Under the pieces are notes generated by a model, which saw only the letters and a list, made by a program, of their open reading frames with translations, was not told the DNA's origin and did not search any database. A stretch of DNA of 64,000 nucleotides from Elusimicrobiota bacterium (lineage in GTDB: Bacteria > Elusimicrobiota > Elusimicrobia > UBA1565): NCBI GenBank assembly GCA_043827405.1, contig JBDRPD010000022.1, forward strand, positions 1 to 64,000, in the 5' to 3' direction. The position numbers and the translations under genes are program-made. Shown piece by piece: positions 49,401-54,900 of the stretch. Position 1 is the first letter of the stretch, and each line of letters starts with the position of its first letter.

Positions 49401-50739
49401 CGGTCGGGGCTGCCGGCGCGGCCGACGCGTCAAAAGCCAGCGGCGCAATAGCCTCTTCCGCGTCCATCGCCGCATTTTCCGCCGCCTCGGCGGCGGCGTC
49501 TTCCTGAGCCCCGACAGCCTCCTCCGCCTCTTTGGCCGCCTGCTCTTCAGCCTTGGCCTCGGCCGTCTCGGCGCCGTTGATATTCGGCACCAGGTACAGG
49601 ACTCCCGTATCATCGGTCGTCACGGTATAGGCGCCGTCGTTTACGCCCTGGAGGATCTCCGCCTCGGCGTCCACCTCGTGGAAGGAGGTGGTCATGAAAT
49701 TGAAGATATTGAGCTTCTGCTTGGCCTGCGCCGCGCGCGCCACCGCGACCAGCGCCGCGTCCTTCTCCAGCGTGACCGGATGCCTCTCGGTCAGCGCCTC
49801 CTGCTTCTCCTTCTCTTCTTTCTGCTTCGCCTTGCGCTTCTTCCACCACTTCTTGCCGAAGTGCATGGTGAGGCCGAGCGCCAGCTGAATGCCGATCATG
49901 GCCGGCCAGGACAAGCCGCTGAAGATATTGATCGCGGAGAAGACCTCGGTAACCGTGCTCCAGGCTCCGGACAGGCTGAATTCTCCCAAGGACAGCGCGC
50001 CGAGGCCCATAACCGCGGCGCCGCCGAACAAGGCGGTCATGCCTTTTTTGCTTTGCTGCGGCTGGGCCGCGGGAACCATGGTTTTTGCGGCCCGGCCGGA
50101 GATGCTGCCCGCCGGCCGCAGGCCGGAGCGCAGCGGGGCGGCGCCGGAATTCGGCGCCATCTCTACCGCGTCCGCCTCCGAAATTCCGTTCTCCATTCCC
50201 CGCAGGGCGTCGAAGCTCTTGGCGCCCCAGCTCTTGGAAGTGGAGGCCGAGCCGAGAGTTTCCTTGGACGGGCTCAGGTAGCGCGATTCTTTGGACTCCG
50301 CATCCTTCTTGCCGCGGATGCCGTCAACCAGGATATTGAACAGGCCGCGGGGCGTCTTCTTTCCCGCCTTTTCCGCGCTTTCCACGCGCTTGAGAATGGA
50401 GGTGCTGGCGACGCCCTTAACGTCCTTGACGCGAACCTCTTTGGCCGCCTCGAGAGAGGGAGTGACGCCGACCGCGGGATTGCCGACCGCGGGCAGCACG
50501 GCGGTGAGATTGGCGTTGACGGCCGGAGTCAGGCTTCCCAGCGCCGTGTTGACGTTCCGGATCGCCTGGACCGGGATCCCGGCGGTGCCCGTCGCGGAAC
50601 CATTGGCGGCGGCCCGGGGAACGACGATCTTGGCGGCGAGAGCCTCGTAGACGGGAAGGCCGGGAGCGGTCAGAATCAGCGAACTGCAGACCGCGATCGC
50701 GACCGCTTTTTTCGCCCGGCGAGTGCCTCTTGCTTCCAC
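34432..50739 (-). CDS. Giant (~5,435 aa) envelope protein: signal peptide, TM clusters, PepSY-like pair, helical stalk, beta-barrel-like block, six TolC-like half-repeats, C-terminal TM
   Basis: 16.3-kb open frame; GTG 50739 preceded by TG-T-TACTCT-N6; OEP-like motifs GVTIRLPIYD, AYRNG, RFERG, LNYLMGRP, ALLGLP. Confidence 0.9.
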   Translation of the reverse strand: MEARGTRRAKKAVAIAVCSSLILTAPGLPVYEALAAKIVVPRAAANGSATGTAGIPVQAIRNVNTALGSLTPAVNANLTAVLPAVGNPAVGVTPSLEAAKEVRVKDVKGVASTSILKRVESAEKAGKKTPRGLFNILVDGIRGKKDAESKESRYLSPSKETLGSASTSKSWGAKSFDALRGMENGISEADAVEMAPNSGAAPLRSGLRPAGSISGRAAKTMVPAAQPQQSKKGMTALFGGAAVMGLGALSLGEFSLSGAWSTVTEVFSAINIFSGLSWPAMIGIQLALGLTMHFGKKWWKKRKAKQKEEKEKQEALTERHPVTLEKDAALVAVARAAQAKQKLNIFNFMTTSFHEVDAEAEILQGVNDGAYTVTTDDTGVLYLVPNINGAETAEAKAEEQAAKEAEEAVGAQEDAAAEAAENAAMDAEEAIAPLAFDASAAPAAPTVEPEPSPFHMSKAAIYGTMLGTALAFAAALVYPTAALFVPLISWVVGDRLLNGKVMQETEISVGSLYGVAAGTAAAYLAFAVFGAPLTAALALPLAGSAIGFVVEGWLRGRWAKAKKEADRLALEEMEGAAASSAEEAVEDDQVVAEPAPVEETAPVEEPVPAKKAAPVEKKAPVRKQEPVARKGANPSGLAGASPRSFRSLPADARSMKAETLAQAKAKAQIRARRIAKDARLVRVAINLNNPSSRWIFIFHSPKKKKILTVYSKRIVVKPQGKSPLRTKQTLWNSRLASIRSIEDAYTALKQDSHWFKPVRVEIISRWKQDPIYTFIDARGRIRKVAAVLRDDAPGKSKDQPGTKLPAPPKETPPPSKEKPGDEARAPPGDIAKPPSEETSPKTPNPKENSPHIHEGLFGFRSVRGIKHDPHISRLSDSADAPQIISYIARQFNIPHAELMAMAEDYGLSMTSDRAAWLAVYDELQRMNREEFKQLDSKKYEGGLLSETVSRLFVKLGWRKKVAEAGYRKLANRQYPKGLSGALVRALEMHKHLIGIFVRFPYQLFDMFFFGFFRRNITYEFSRSTEDFITLRAQIARKQAEEKGELTETEEMRLPTAEKWIKGAMAKHQRRGVGLKENIYAGRGARLLRRYFLTPVFGPLVQFVWRRATLAIFSAVAMGLIAGLTPLPVLSFHLTAVPFLGDALVAFGHGLPLFLSAVPFVGESLAAVTGSALNAVISDLSVGALLNTFALSTLLTFPAVAKQRLMDQRGMAHRLPPLLSADFILGVAGTAISWSFWSKNLKSMFGLMVVGAEIEGVMSYAGEIDGFFNTAYQPLTGSEFRLFHTIGAAVERPEGDSPIPFGGAITWGNILIYKLQDLAGFNITDAVYNVVRHGVYGVHGLEPGSAIEVAMAGNSTPLGPMAAGQSVVASIVGMASRGGGGPEGFVLGARKEMEARKLQAQDEAGDLEREITRVKQRIAELEATLLQKTQERDQLKEMSLSPAEAAKQEAEYRAALEKLESKRDEDYVQGKLAEIFDLQNPADDPASRKEYEAQRIAKLTELQAYYASLLGTEVNQSLGYSDSLGLRKAVLESLAGAVERYRDGTSRRRPDLGAVKSVDQVTEKRLESMVSELEDLRGEVKGDLVNRDALAKLFAVINRSRDTALRDRRGGKEMLEFHKNLAKLATVMDLALSLNEVAAAQAAIKQMEQMLDAKLQKIRQTREQAERDLRDAETNDGRNEEWERDAEGKIADSARSKTDMEELESQTRSAVENIGAFRTEAKALLGRIDAEDAGQSPNALAEYQRRKALLPELVKWYTDGKPGDEDFLSLKELNSKLADVQGYVDSVDEGLDKIRDVPVEFAGVLVIAVPGVPDVSVNNPSEAQTLQILADRKAHWLAELEDYKETRDEFRNRQSATYSGLDTDDFGDFYPLSLPKRLAQAESDIAKHSADARGLLTRMDREAAYINQYVPGAALPALSGMSLEQLKDAVQAYKDQLKTLSFPSDTSNEIAEAKMSLLKIAQLLPQAARSVVLWAKADAQVEPIQDALRSPVPQAVSVYDQGVSVIQELIADIDKDIADVKAGFPDKQGLIDRKKALLEKVRPILLEAKGMITGHAIPFQNDSIESFDPNGDTYAKLFQSQIDLYEGTKETLERTVPWSLASNGAKEGDAADGMAKIQKQRERFLELLNGYDNADGHHDGVNELLSDLERRKDPNNNDSEEIYGRVQPYSLPKAIAQNQAEKVKRSQQINAKHAEINDIFDRIERLTNGEVKLSQYRLPTNIAADGQASVDAVQRLVDDGIYYTLGDLLTDIGNEYKNKGDPVLDMGDREGVPEGKQPDPTLDNNTTIALMALEAAKRLVPSTNQVNNVDDGSAAYAVAEFLFADGFIDGASKNLYERIPVAEVFLKQAQAGLNTAIADLQKDEAYVRADGASETSDQVFDRKLAIYGQLNALTRAGVGFYGQKVGWDTEGLDTVKRVKDFYEAQKKIHDKAVTAADSEEEAILKFKDALKETYDDLEEQRVKLTRWMSQLNDPHESALRRVADNLRELQDKTRAVLEQNLQYHDIKARYERANDSLDYSLRRADKVQRALARELRELRDPGGLSPALAKRIQDLRINGGMYMMEGLDTSGATAALVVPKKDFGSFVETLFTGFLERASSGVNLAGLQKRLLEDPSQISSIIPNTEMLEFGDADGFYLVYQSQFSVPHGLETSNWVTLGNVAKLWGNNISVTGYQFASPVNDENAPWGDKGVEVQVESLQGKNWVNYLNIDFHRFIQNIPADTQMTSQAQQSRMMVFDDFAMMLFDGKLYIGLAGFADIATSDTKNKPSYYGGSIKTEWKFHEVMSLSAEQQRVAAKDPRYFLQTMNLDFTGLDPDLNRDFVIEANGENKDYKRTQIGPKFNVAKLLKSEETFSVDLFWARVEGTDDYNQDSVGVTVLKGFTIKDDKGKPWMIIQNRAGFEKGERFGTLSDRVSVTLPNWGVVVNAEGRLVGDAKTYFLELAKKTGDHSNISLSYGSRYVGQEPRLTIGLNSAFTLGELWSAVTRNTADALEGSSALKKYNRELDGFLKDEAADAGKVKELRSVFLRDIGTKLIKQDIGNLTKEIEELRKAGAFLDNTRVRGMVGFTTNPIGDDLSDRVVGGGFAAGTHTTMELSKTQKALIEAKVQNLYRESLRLQFRMLELTRQWQQTVVDIAQAQWELKMAHAMAEHAPTEALRREGAVLEAEAELRLQQASIRYNMLSGRDPKAALPFDNLSAGDVQSLLSEIKSIIATPDRMVKILHMLDKEEIAKEIGDNPFNLVDWIPWVDKLTFSFGAQFHDYMANQVLGLGVTIRLPIYDPASKEHDKAYILESQATVREIEGVWQEYSLRAAKERQRAEAWFADADNLAPGARKSQLALDTAIKAYRNGLIGEKRMREAFDQWHWYVAGILESESKGMLAAGWSVLDRSFGRAPTGGSDPLLVDSFQDAFNVVSKNARSLEEVGLREQAAAHRTAANDHRIKRFYIDLFAGYNLTADGVGWLPSFGVTGLAVTPILTFELKPEELRELQTAQGRSEEKYFNQFKTKVEADLALDIYRHVVAIDHAGQSVQILEGEIIPELRRQLAAAQRDAAKGDPEGNVPRLQRELDIASRRLIMARQIYQQSFMTLNYLMGRPEGAPLDMELTPQKALADLKAILAKKEPAAADKAILDSRVEVARAVEQMVDKDLKLQQVRVEPVSLVVRSLGRLLSALSDEGIGNPERVAAARIQTLDAERARDAYDRARAVSYRQVQAELKSAESALARLNGRTDPESRLRAVELNNKLFVLKANLARLGAEPEDAVVGTLPASYRDLTARVMDAEQDLASAGREADIEVFAPELLEQKSSGYARYYRARTSLGGDPIGENYIDTWVEVRLRDPETPAEVLLALAKLRVDKATRINRNMNAAARSSGQILLSEFETNVRLQRWAESMRRDPRAEKLADNLDQFRSDINDRLAIQADRIKALLGLPRDVTPAQLARLVPADQGGDSGDLGRIAARFISQVEALNIDQIRRTLFDGGIPAALGSEDGLIHQIRADVIAERMSYNGFTPVAAFGIFRARSVGAFYMEAPDPRSIERGLEQVLSESLRKELMSQGRMQELAQQLHLLMNAVAEKSKLVEKQHRLILAAADEFQASLARFERGMTGAAELASSQQALVDALLEFSKTVAELKNDFIKLVTELEAIGFPAQKLIVPSARALELAGAEKGRTEQERMLSYASRRVLDAGFAQRLLDKLATLRSLAPEARRDLDAASSLYRMIHEAAEAARYHPEIDAAHKLEVLTKLDAEGRRLQVEGVLGRIFAALSVDPAGRTEFLNFLMQDIEGQITAADGAVAHNDGLLMSMREAYADSLDLPFALQGAVMRLEKLYRARLDAKQTLLEDYMLNLRGAADFIMRDIALDTYLKAEAAYDAEVLKTYEHESVAGDSSMIRYLASLYPPTVSIERAKSELRFGRAMPALEALIMLEEGRLKALRYEHASARDINEVLNVLGYLQGLRERWLARDPGELSPLYAVTEVVGDRRLWTTQGWFTQEDVNRLLEAKQIHKDADGRMWLLDGKRRLEVIGGVDSALGKSSSARRALDGNTVRLQLHKLFATSEFALVRLDGAGVRAFSYEEALAVAVKGAMFSFTRDSGRYELHPARHPLKALWSDPANTETVLYTGGESYSRDRFPTIESLYDHVKRLRLSDSAADRREAEYFHFLEAGPKGVEKMIEYAREHKVRSQRRGWMGVKLQSYGFAVEQGAEPAAMYLTQDDFNEAVRSLQESVRIFAETRGVVEAAKSAEDAARGKMDAQKERLDAEHAQYQQVQKTVRDRIEREMRGSYTRRAGEPAEDFASRFKAELNARTVKDDGFIDAQQAHAKELDKFNKLHQDFRDKYRKFDQALEDLTQTGLLMARGGQWEAQGQAYLEALRRAGVPEEIDPVRPDKLSIPGEAKKLSGVQQWRLYVTRDTSITVDERNSLVRVAAKPVFGEQELSVGLGAAQGKTRTVRGEIFAAVMDTDQTLVKIYLDPEAVEKAGEDWALADQMIVLSHEDPQQAHDRIVRERGDGKTVDPNYRLRYYVDPESKLPVMLNRRYMISRLVDSGREKAGVESWAYSPWNWGSLLMEIPRGVLGTPMELLTGRDPNQHNYLGRVHMQKIEGGATNHHGFFRRAVGFIDFLDLMPDPVDWYFDASQFPQQVGIDSPIKPGENIYDKDSRAGKKDIHYGRKYVERTMVYELEDLVNAGKRVRSYFEGGLEDVWLETRRGRDRSVITSRVKESYGRDALEDALDDPMIGSHPNSDGSGRVRIGGIPGHIEVDRIERNVQIRPGAGQYGKIESELSALPDRLSDDLRNQRGSRAGLEQVLAAAERELRDGIGRRRAVGAEERKLWDEIQDLAWKVGRQRAIERAIAGLDKEIGAIRDELGRLRKYLAELERRREEQEGNDPSRPGDPTKWWPWVLFGSLLLSILAAVWEWLTRRRMRQSSPPPPAPALS

Positions 50740-50843
50740 ACTATTAGAGTAACAGGACCCCCCATTTTGCGAATGAGCCCAAAGACTGTTTTTGGACAAA
50801 AAAATGGCCCACGGTCATATGGGACCATGGGCCCTGCGGCAAA

Positions 50844-50862
50844 GGTGTCAGACTTTTAGGAT
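50844..50862 (+). repeat. GGTGTCAGAC motif, inverted partner of 51832-51849
   Basis: GGTGTCAGACTTTTAGGAT vs minus-strand GGTGTCAGACATTAGGAT. Confidence 0.7.
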
Positions 50863-50878
50863 TTCGCTCTAAAAAACA

Positions 50879-51781
50879 TCAGTTTTTGGAAACTCCGGAA
50901 GTTTCTATCGAGCGAATCAGCTGGCTAACCGCGGAAGGCGTCCGATTAAACATCCGGCTGATCTCGGTAACCCCCATCTGGGCCTCTTTCCACAGCCGGT
51001 AAATCGCCTCTTTGCGCACCGTGGATATTTCGCGCCACTGGCTGCGCCCGAAGAGCTTTTCCTGATCGACGCCATGTTTGGCCTGAACTTCCGCCATGAT
51101 AACGTCCGCCGAGACGCCGTCCGAACCGCCCTCGTCCTTGGACAGCCCGCCGAACAGCTGCTGAATATTCTGGATGAAGTCATCGCTGCCGATATAGAGA
51201 CCGCGAACCTTGGGCGGTTCGATATCGGCCTGCCGGCTTCGCTCCTTGATGAACTGCATATAGCGCACCGACTTCTTCAGGCGGCTGCCGGAAAACGACT
51301 TGAGCGCCAGGTCCGAGTCCACCAGCGGCTCGCGGTTTTCAGATTCCACATACGCGGGGCACGATGACCATTGATAGCGCCACGGGCGCTCCTTCATCCC
51401 GTCGCGCATGGGCGCGAGGTGAATATAGCGTGTCAGCTCCAGCAGGTAGTTCTCCGTATCCACGATCAGCGCCTTGTAGCGGCCCTGGAAGACATGGCCG
51501 ATGGTATTGTGCTTCTGGTTAAAGTATTTCGTATACGCGGTATTAAAGCCCTGCATGACTTTCGACAGGTTCGGCTGGCCCGTCTCAATAAGCAGGTGCA
51601 CGTAGTTGTTCATCAGCGCATAGGCGTAGACCTTCAGATCATAGCGGTCCTTGTAGCCCTTGAGCAGGGAAAGGAAGTAGCGCCGATCCTGGTTGCCCAT
51701 AAAAATATCCTGGCGGTTGTTGCCCTGGAGCATGATGTGATAGCAGGCTCCGGCAAATTGTATGCGGTTGGGTCGTCCCAT
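50879..51781 (-). CDS. Y1/REP-associated tyrosine transposase (RAYT)-like protein with C-terminal DnaA_C-like HTH; HUH motif altered
   Basis: YHIMLQGNNRQDIF, YAYALMNNYVHLL, GHVFQGRYKA, RYIHLAP, YQWSS; HTH VTEISRMFNRTPSAVS; GGAG before ATG 51781. Confidence 0.9.
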   Translation of the reverse strand: MGRPNRIQFAGACYHIMLQGNNRQDIFMGNQDRRYFLSLLKGYKDRYDLKVYAYALMNNYVHLLIETGQPNLSKVMQGFNTAYTKYFNQKHNTIGHVFQGRYKALIVDTENYLLELTRYIHLAPMRDGMKERPWRYQWSSCPAYVESENREPLVDSDLALKSFSGSRLKKSVRYMQFIKERSRQADIEPPKVRGLYIGSDDFIQNIQQLFGGLSKDEGGSDGVSADVIMAEVQAKHGVDQEKLFGRSQWREISTVRKEAIYRLWKEAQMGVTEISRMFNRTPSAVSQLIRSIETSGVSKN

Positions 51782-51831
51782 ATAAGTTCTCCGTGCGGCT
51801 CGTGTAATTGCCGATACTATAGCAAATTTAC

Positions 51832-51883
51832 ATCCTAATGTCTGACACCCGCGTAAAAAGTTAAACAAAAAGGTGCCTGACTT
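51832..51883. repeat. Inverted pair of GGTGYCWGAC motifs over the transposase-like gene's promoter
   Basis: GTCTGACACC (51840-51849) and GGTGCCTGAC (51872-51881). Confidence 0.65.
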
Positions 51884-51958
51884 ATACTGAGTCGAACAGG
51901 TCCTTTTTCAATCTATTACGGCCCAGTCTGTTTTAGGCCCTAGGTCCTCGGAAGAACG

Positions 51959-54900
51959 TCAATGGGTGGATGGATGCATGCCGCGCATCAGCCAATTGAA
52001 CATGGCTTGATCCTGCAGCACGCTGGCGGAGCGCAGCTGATCCTTTTCAACCTCAAGCTTCTGGGCATCGAGGTTGCGCTCGACCGTCCGGTTGTAGTTG
52101 TCGATCATCTTTTTGTGGCCCCGGGTCACATTGTCGAGCGGGCCCCGGGTCTCGGCGAACCGCACCTTCTCCTTGAGCGACTCGATGTAGTTATGGATAT
52201 CGACCCATTCCGGATGGATATTGCCGCGCCGGTTGGCGTTCTGCACCACTTCGGGACGCTGCCGCAGCTGGGTCATGAGCGGCTCGTCGCGCAGCATCTT
52301 AAGGAAGACCACTTCCTTGGAGGATGACGGGACATCCATCACCACGCGGAAATTACGGATCGAACCTTCTTTGACGCGGCCGACATCGATACGGCCCTGA
52401 GCCTGCAGGAAGTGCGCCTCGGAGGCGACCTGGGGATCATGGAGCTGCATCTCGAAACGCTTGTAGCCGCCGAACGGCCCCTTCCCGCGCTGGCCCTTGA
52501 AGTTCAGGTCCAGGCCGCGGCCGCCGACCCGGGTATCCAGGATCAGGACCTTGGCCGTGCCGGGCGTCAGGGCATCGAGGTTCATCTGGTCGCCCACCCG
52601 AGCCTTCGGCATCTGCGTGCGCAGCAGCTCGGCGTCCGAGAACACCTTGGTGATATGCCCCTGCTTGAGCTTTACGGTGTAGGAGCCGTTCTTGAGGCTG
52701 ACGTCATAGCCGCTGCTCATCAGCGACCTAAGCACTCTGGGCGACACCTCGGAGCTCGTGAAGCTGACGCCGTTGCGGGTCAGGATTTTCTGCACCTGCT
52801 TGACGACCCGGGTATCCGCCAGGCTCAGGACCAGCAGCGAGTCGGCCTGGCCGCCGGCGTCGATCATCTGGAAGTCGTGGAGCATATTGCGGCGCAGCCC
52901 CTGGGTGATCGACTTCATCTTGCCCGACGGCGAGGCGTGAATTTCCAGCTGCAGGTTCTCGGCCCCGGTAGAACCGACGCCGACCAGCGAGGATTTGTAA
53001 GGTTCGACGCTGGCGCGGAACTCCTTGCCGGCGGTACCGGAGAAGCCGATGAAGCGCACCTTGGTATTCTGCGTCACGTCGCGGATGGTGGCGATGGTCT
53101 GCGAGTCATAAGGCAAAGTCAGGTCGGCGCCGTACTCCAGCTCCCAGAAGCGCCGCGTCGGGGTGTCCATCGATTCGAACCACTGGCCGTTGTGCACGAC
53201 ATTGACGGCGTCGTTGACGTGATCCATACGGATCGTCCGCGAATTCTCGACGTAGCCGTTGGCGAGGTTGAACAGCTCTCCCTGCACGAAACTCTGGGTC
53301 CGCAGGTTGCCGTAGCCGATGCCCTTGGAGAACAGCACGTCCGGCAGGATCTTCCAGAACATGCGCCAGCGCACCTGGGGAGTGATCAGGGGCTCATTAA
53401 GGAAAGCTTTGAGCAGGCGGCGCGAGTAGTACCGCGTCAGCCCCTCCTTGGGCCCCACGATGCCCTCCCACTTGGCATCGGCCCAGGCGCCAAGGTTCTG
53501 CACCGGAGGAGCGCGGCTCAGCCCCGGCAGGTTCGCGAGCTTGGATATCGCCAGCAGCGGGCTGGCGCGCAGATGCGTCCAGGCCATCTCGGGCACGCTG
53601 ACGCCGTCCATGCGCTGGCGCAGGATGGTCTCGGCCTTCTCCGGCGTCATCTTCAGACGCAGCTTCTCGGTCTGCCAACGCCGCGCGCCGTTGGAGAGCT
53701 CCCGGTTTATCGCCGTTACCTGGGACCGCACATTGCCGACCTGGTCCCAGCCTTCGGCAAGCTGCGCCAGATCGGCCCGCACATCCTTCGCCAGCTTTTC
53801 GGCGCCCGCCTTATAGCCGTCCAGCTTCGCATCCATGCGCGTATGCCGGCCCGTATTGAATTCCCGCATCTGACTATTGATGTTCAGGAGTTCCTTATTG
53901 GCCGACTTAAGCCCCTCCTGCGCATCCTTAAGCCGGGCCTTCAGCACCTTGCTGCCGGGCTTGAGCTGCATGTCCTGTTCCGCCGCGCGCAGCGTATCGT
54001 AGGCCTTGTCGACGACCTCCTGCTGCTTGGTGCCGGTCTCCATCAAGCTCTTGTGCCGGGCTTCCAGCGCCTCGGTCTCGAAGCGCTGCATCTTCCGGTG
54101 CTCGGCGGCCATGTTGCGGGTGTTCTGGTTGAGCTTTTCGAGAACGGCCTCGGCCTTCCTGATGCGTGAGTCGATGCTATTGCCGCCCTTGCCGTCAGCC
54201 TTCATCTCCTTGAGCTTCTTAACCAAAGCCTTGGCATGCTTGCGCGGAGCGCTGGCGTTTTCACTCATAGTGTGCCGAGCGGCGCGCGGCGAATGCTCCA
54301 GCGTCTGAAACAGCTGGGTGGTGCGGGTCTTGGAATACACGTGCGAGTACATGCTGTCGCGCATCTCGCGGAAGATTTCGTAAACCGGGTTTTCCTTCTC
54401 CACCGCCCTCTCCACCAGCTGCTCGCGGCGCTTGAGCAGCTCGCGCGCCCGCACTTCCCAGCCTTCCCCGCCGTCCTTGAGGACCTGGTCGATCTGCTTG
54501 GAGTTGGCTTTAAGGGCCTCGCGTGCGGTCTTGCCGTCGGCTAGAGTCCGCTGCGCCTGGGCCTCAATGCGCTCGGCGCGCAGCCCGCTCTCCCTAAGCG
54601 TCCGCTCCGCCTCGACGGTTTTACCCTGCTGGCGCAGAGTCTTCGCCGCCGCCGCGCCGTCCTTGCGCGCCTGCTTGGCCATATTCCGCAGGTCCTTGAC
54701 GATCTTGGTCCCTCGCGGGTCGGTCTGCGCCAGCACCGAGCGCTCGGTCTTCATCATGTCCTTGTGCAGGCTGATGGCGTTGTCGCGGTCAATGCCGACA
54801 ATTTCCTTGCGCCGCTGAAGGATGTCCTGAATCTCGGCGTCGGAACTCTTGAAGTCCTTGGCGACCTCCTTATCGAGTTTGGCCGCCTGCTGGCTCTGCC

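Noticed and set aside
50879..51781. Active IS200/IS605 element
   Set aside because: No tnpB, RAYT-like with an HTH extension, and the HUH motif is altered.
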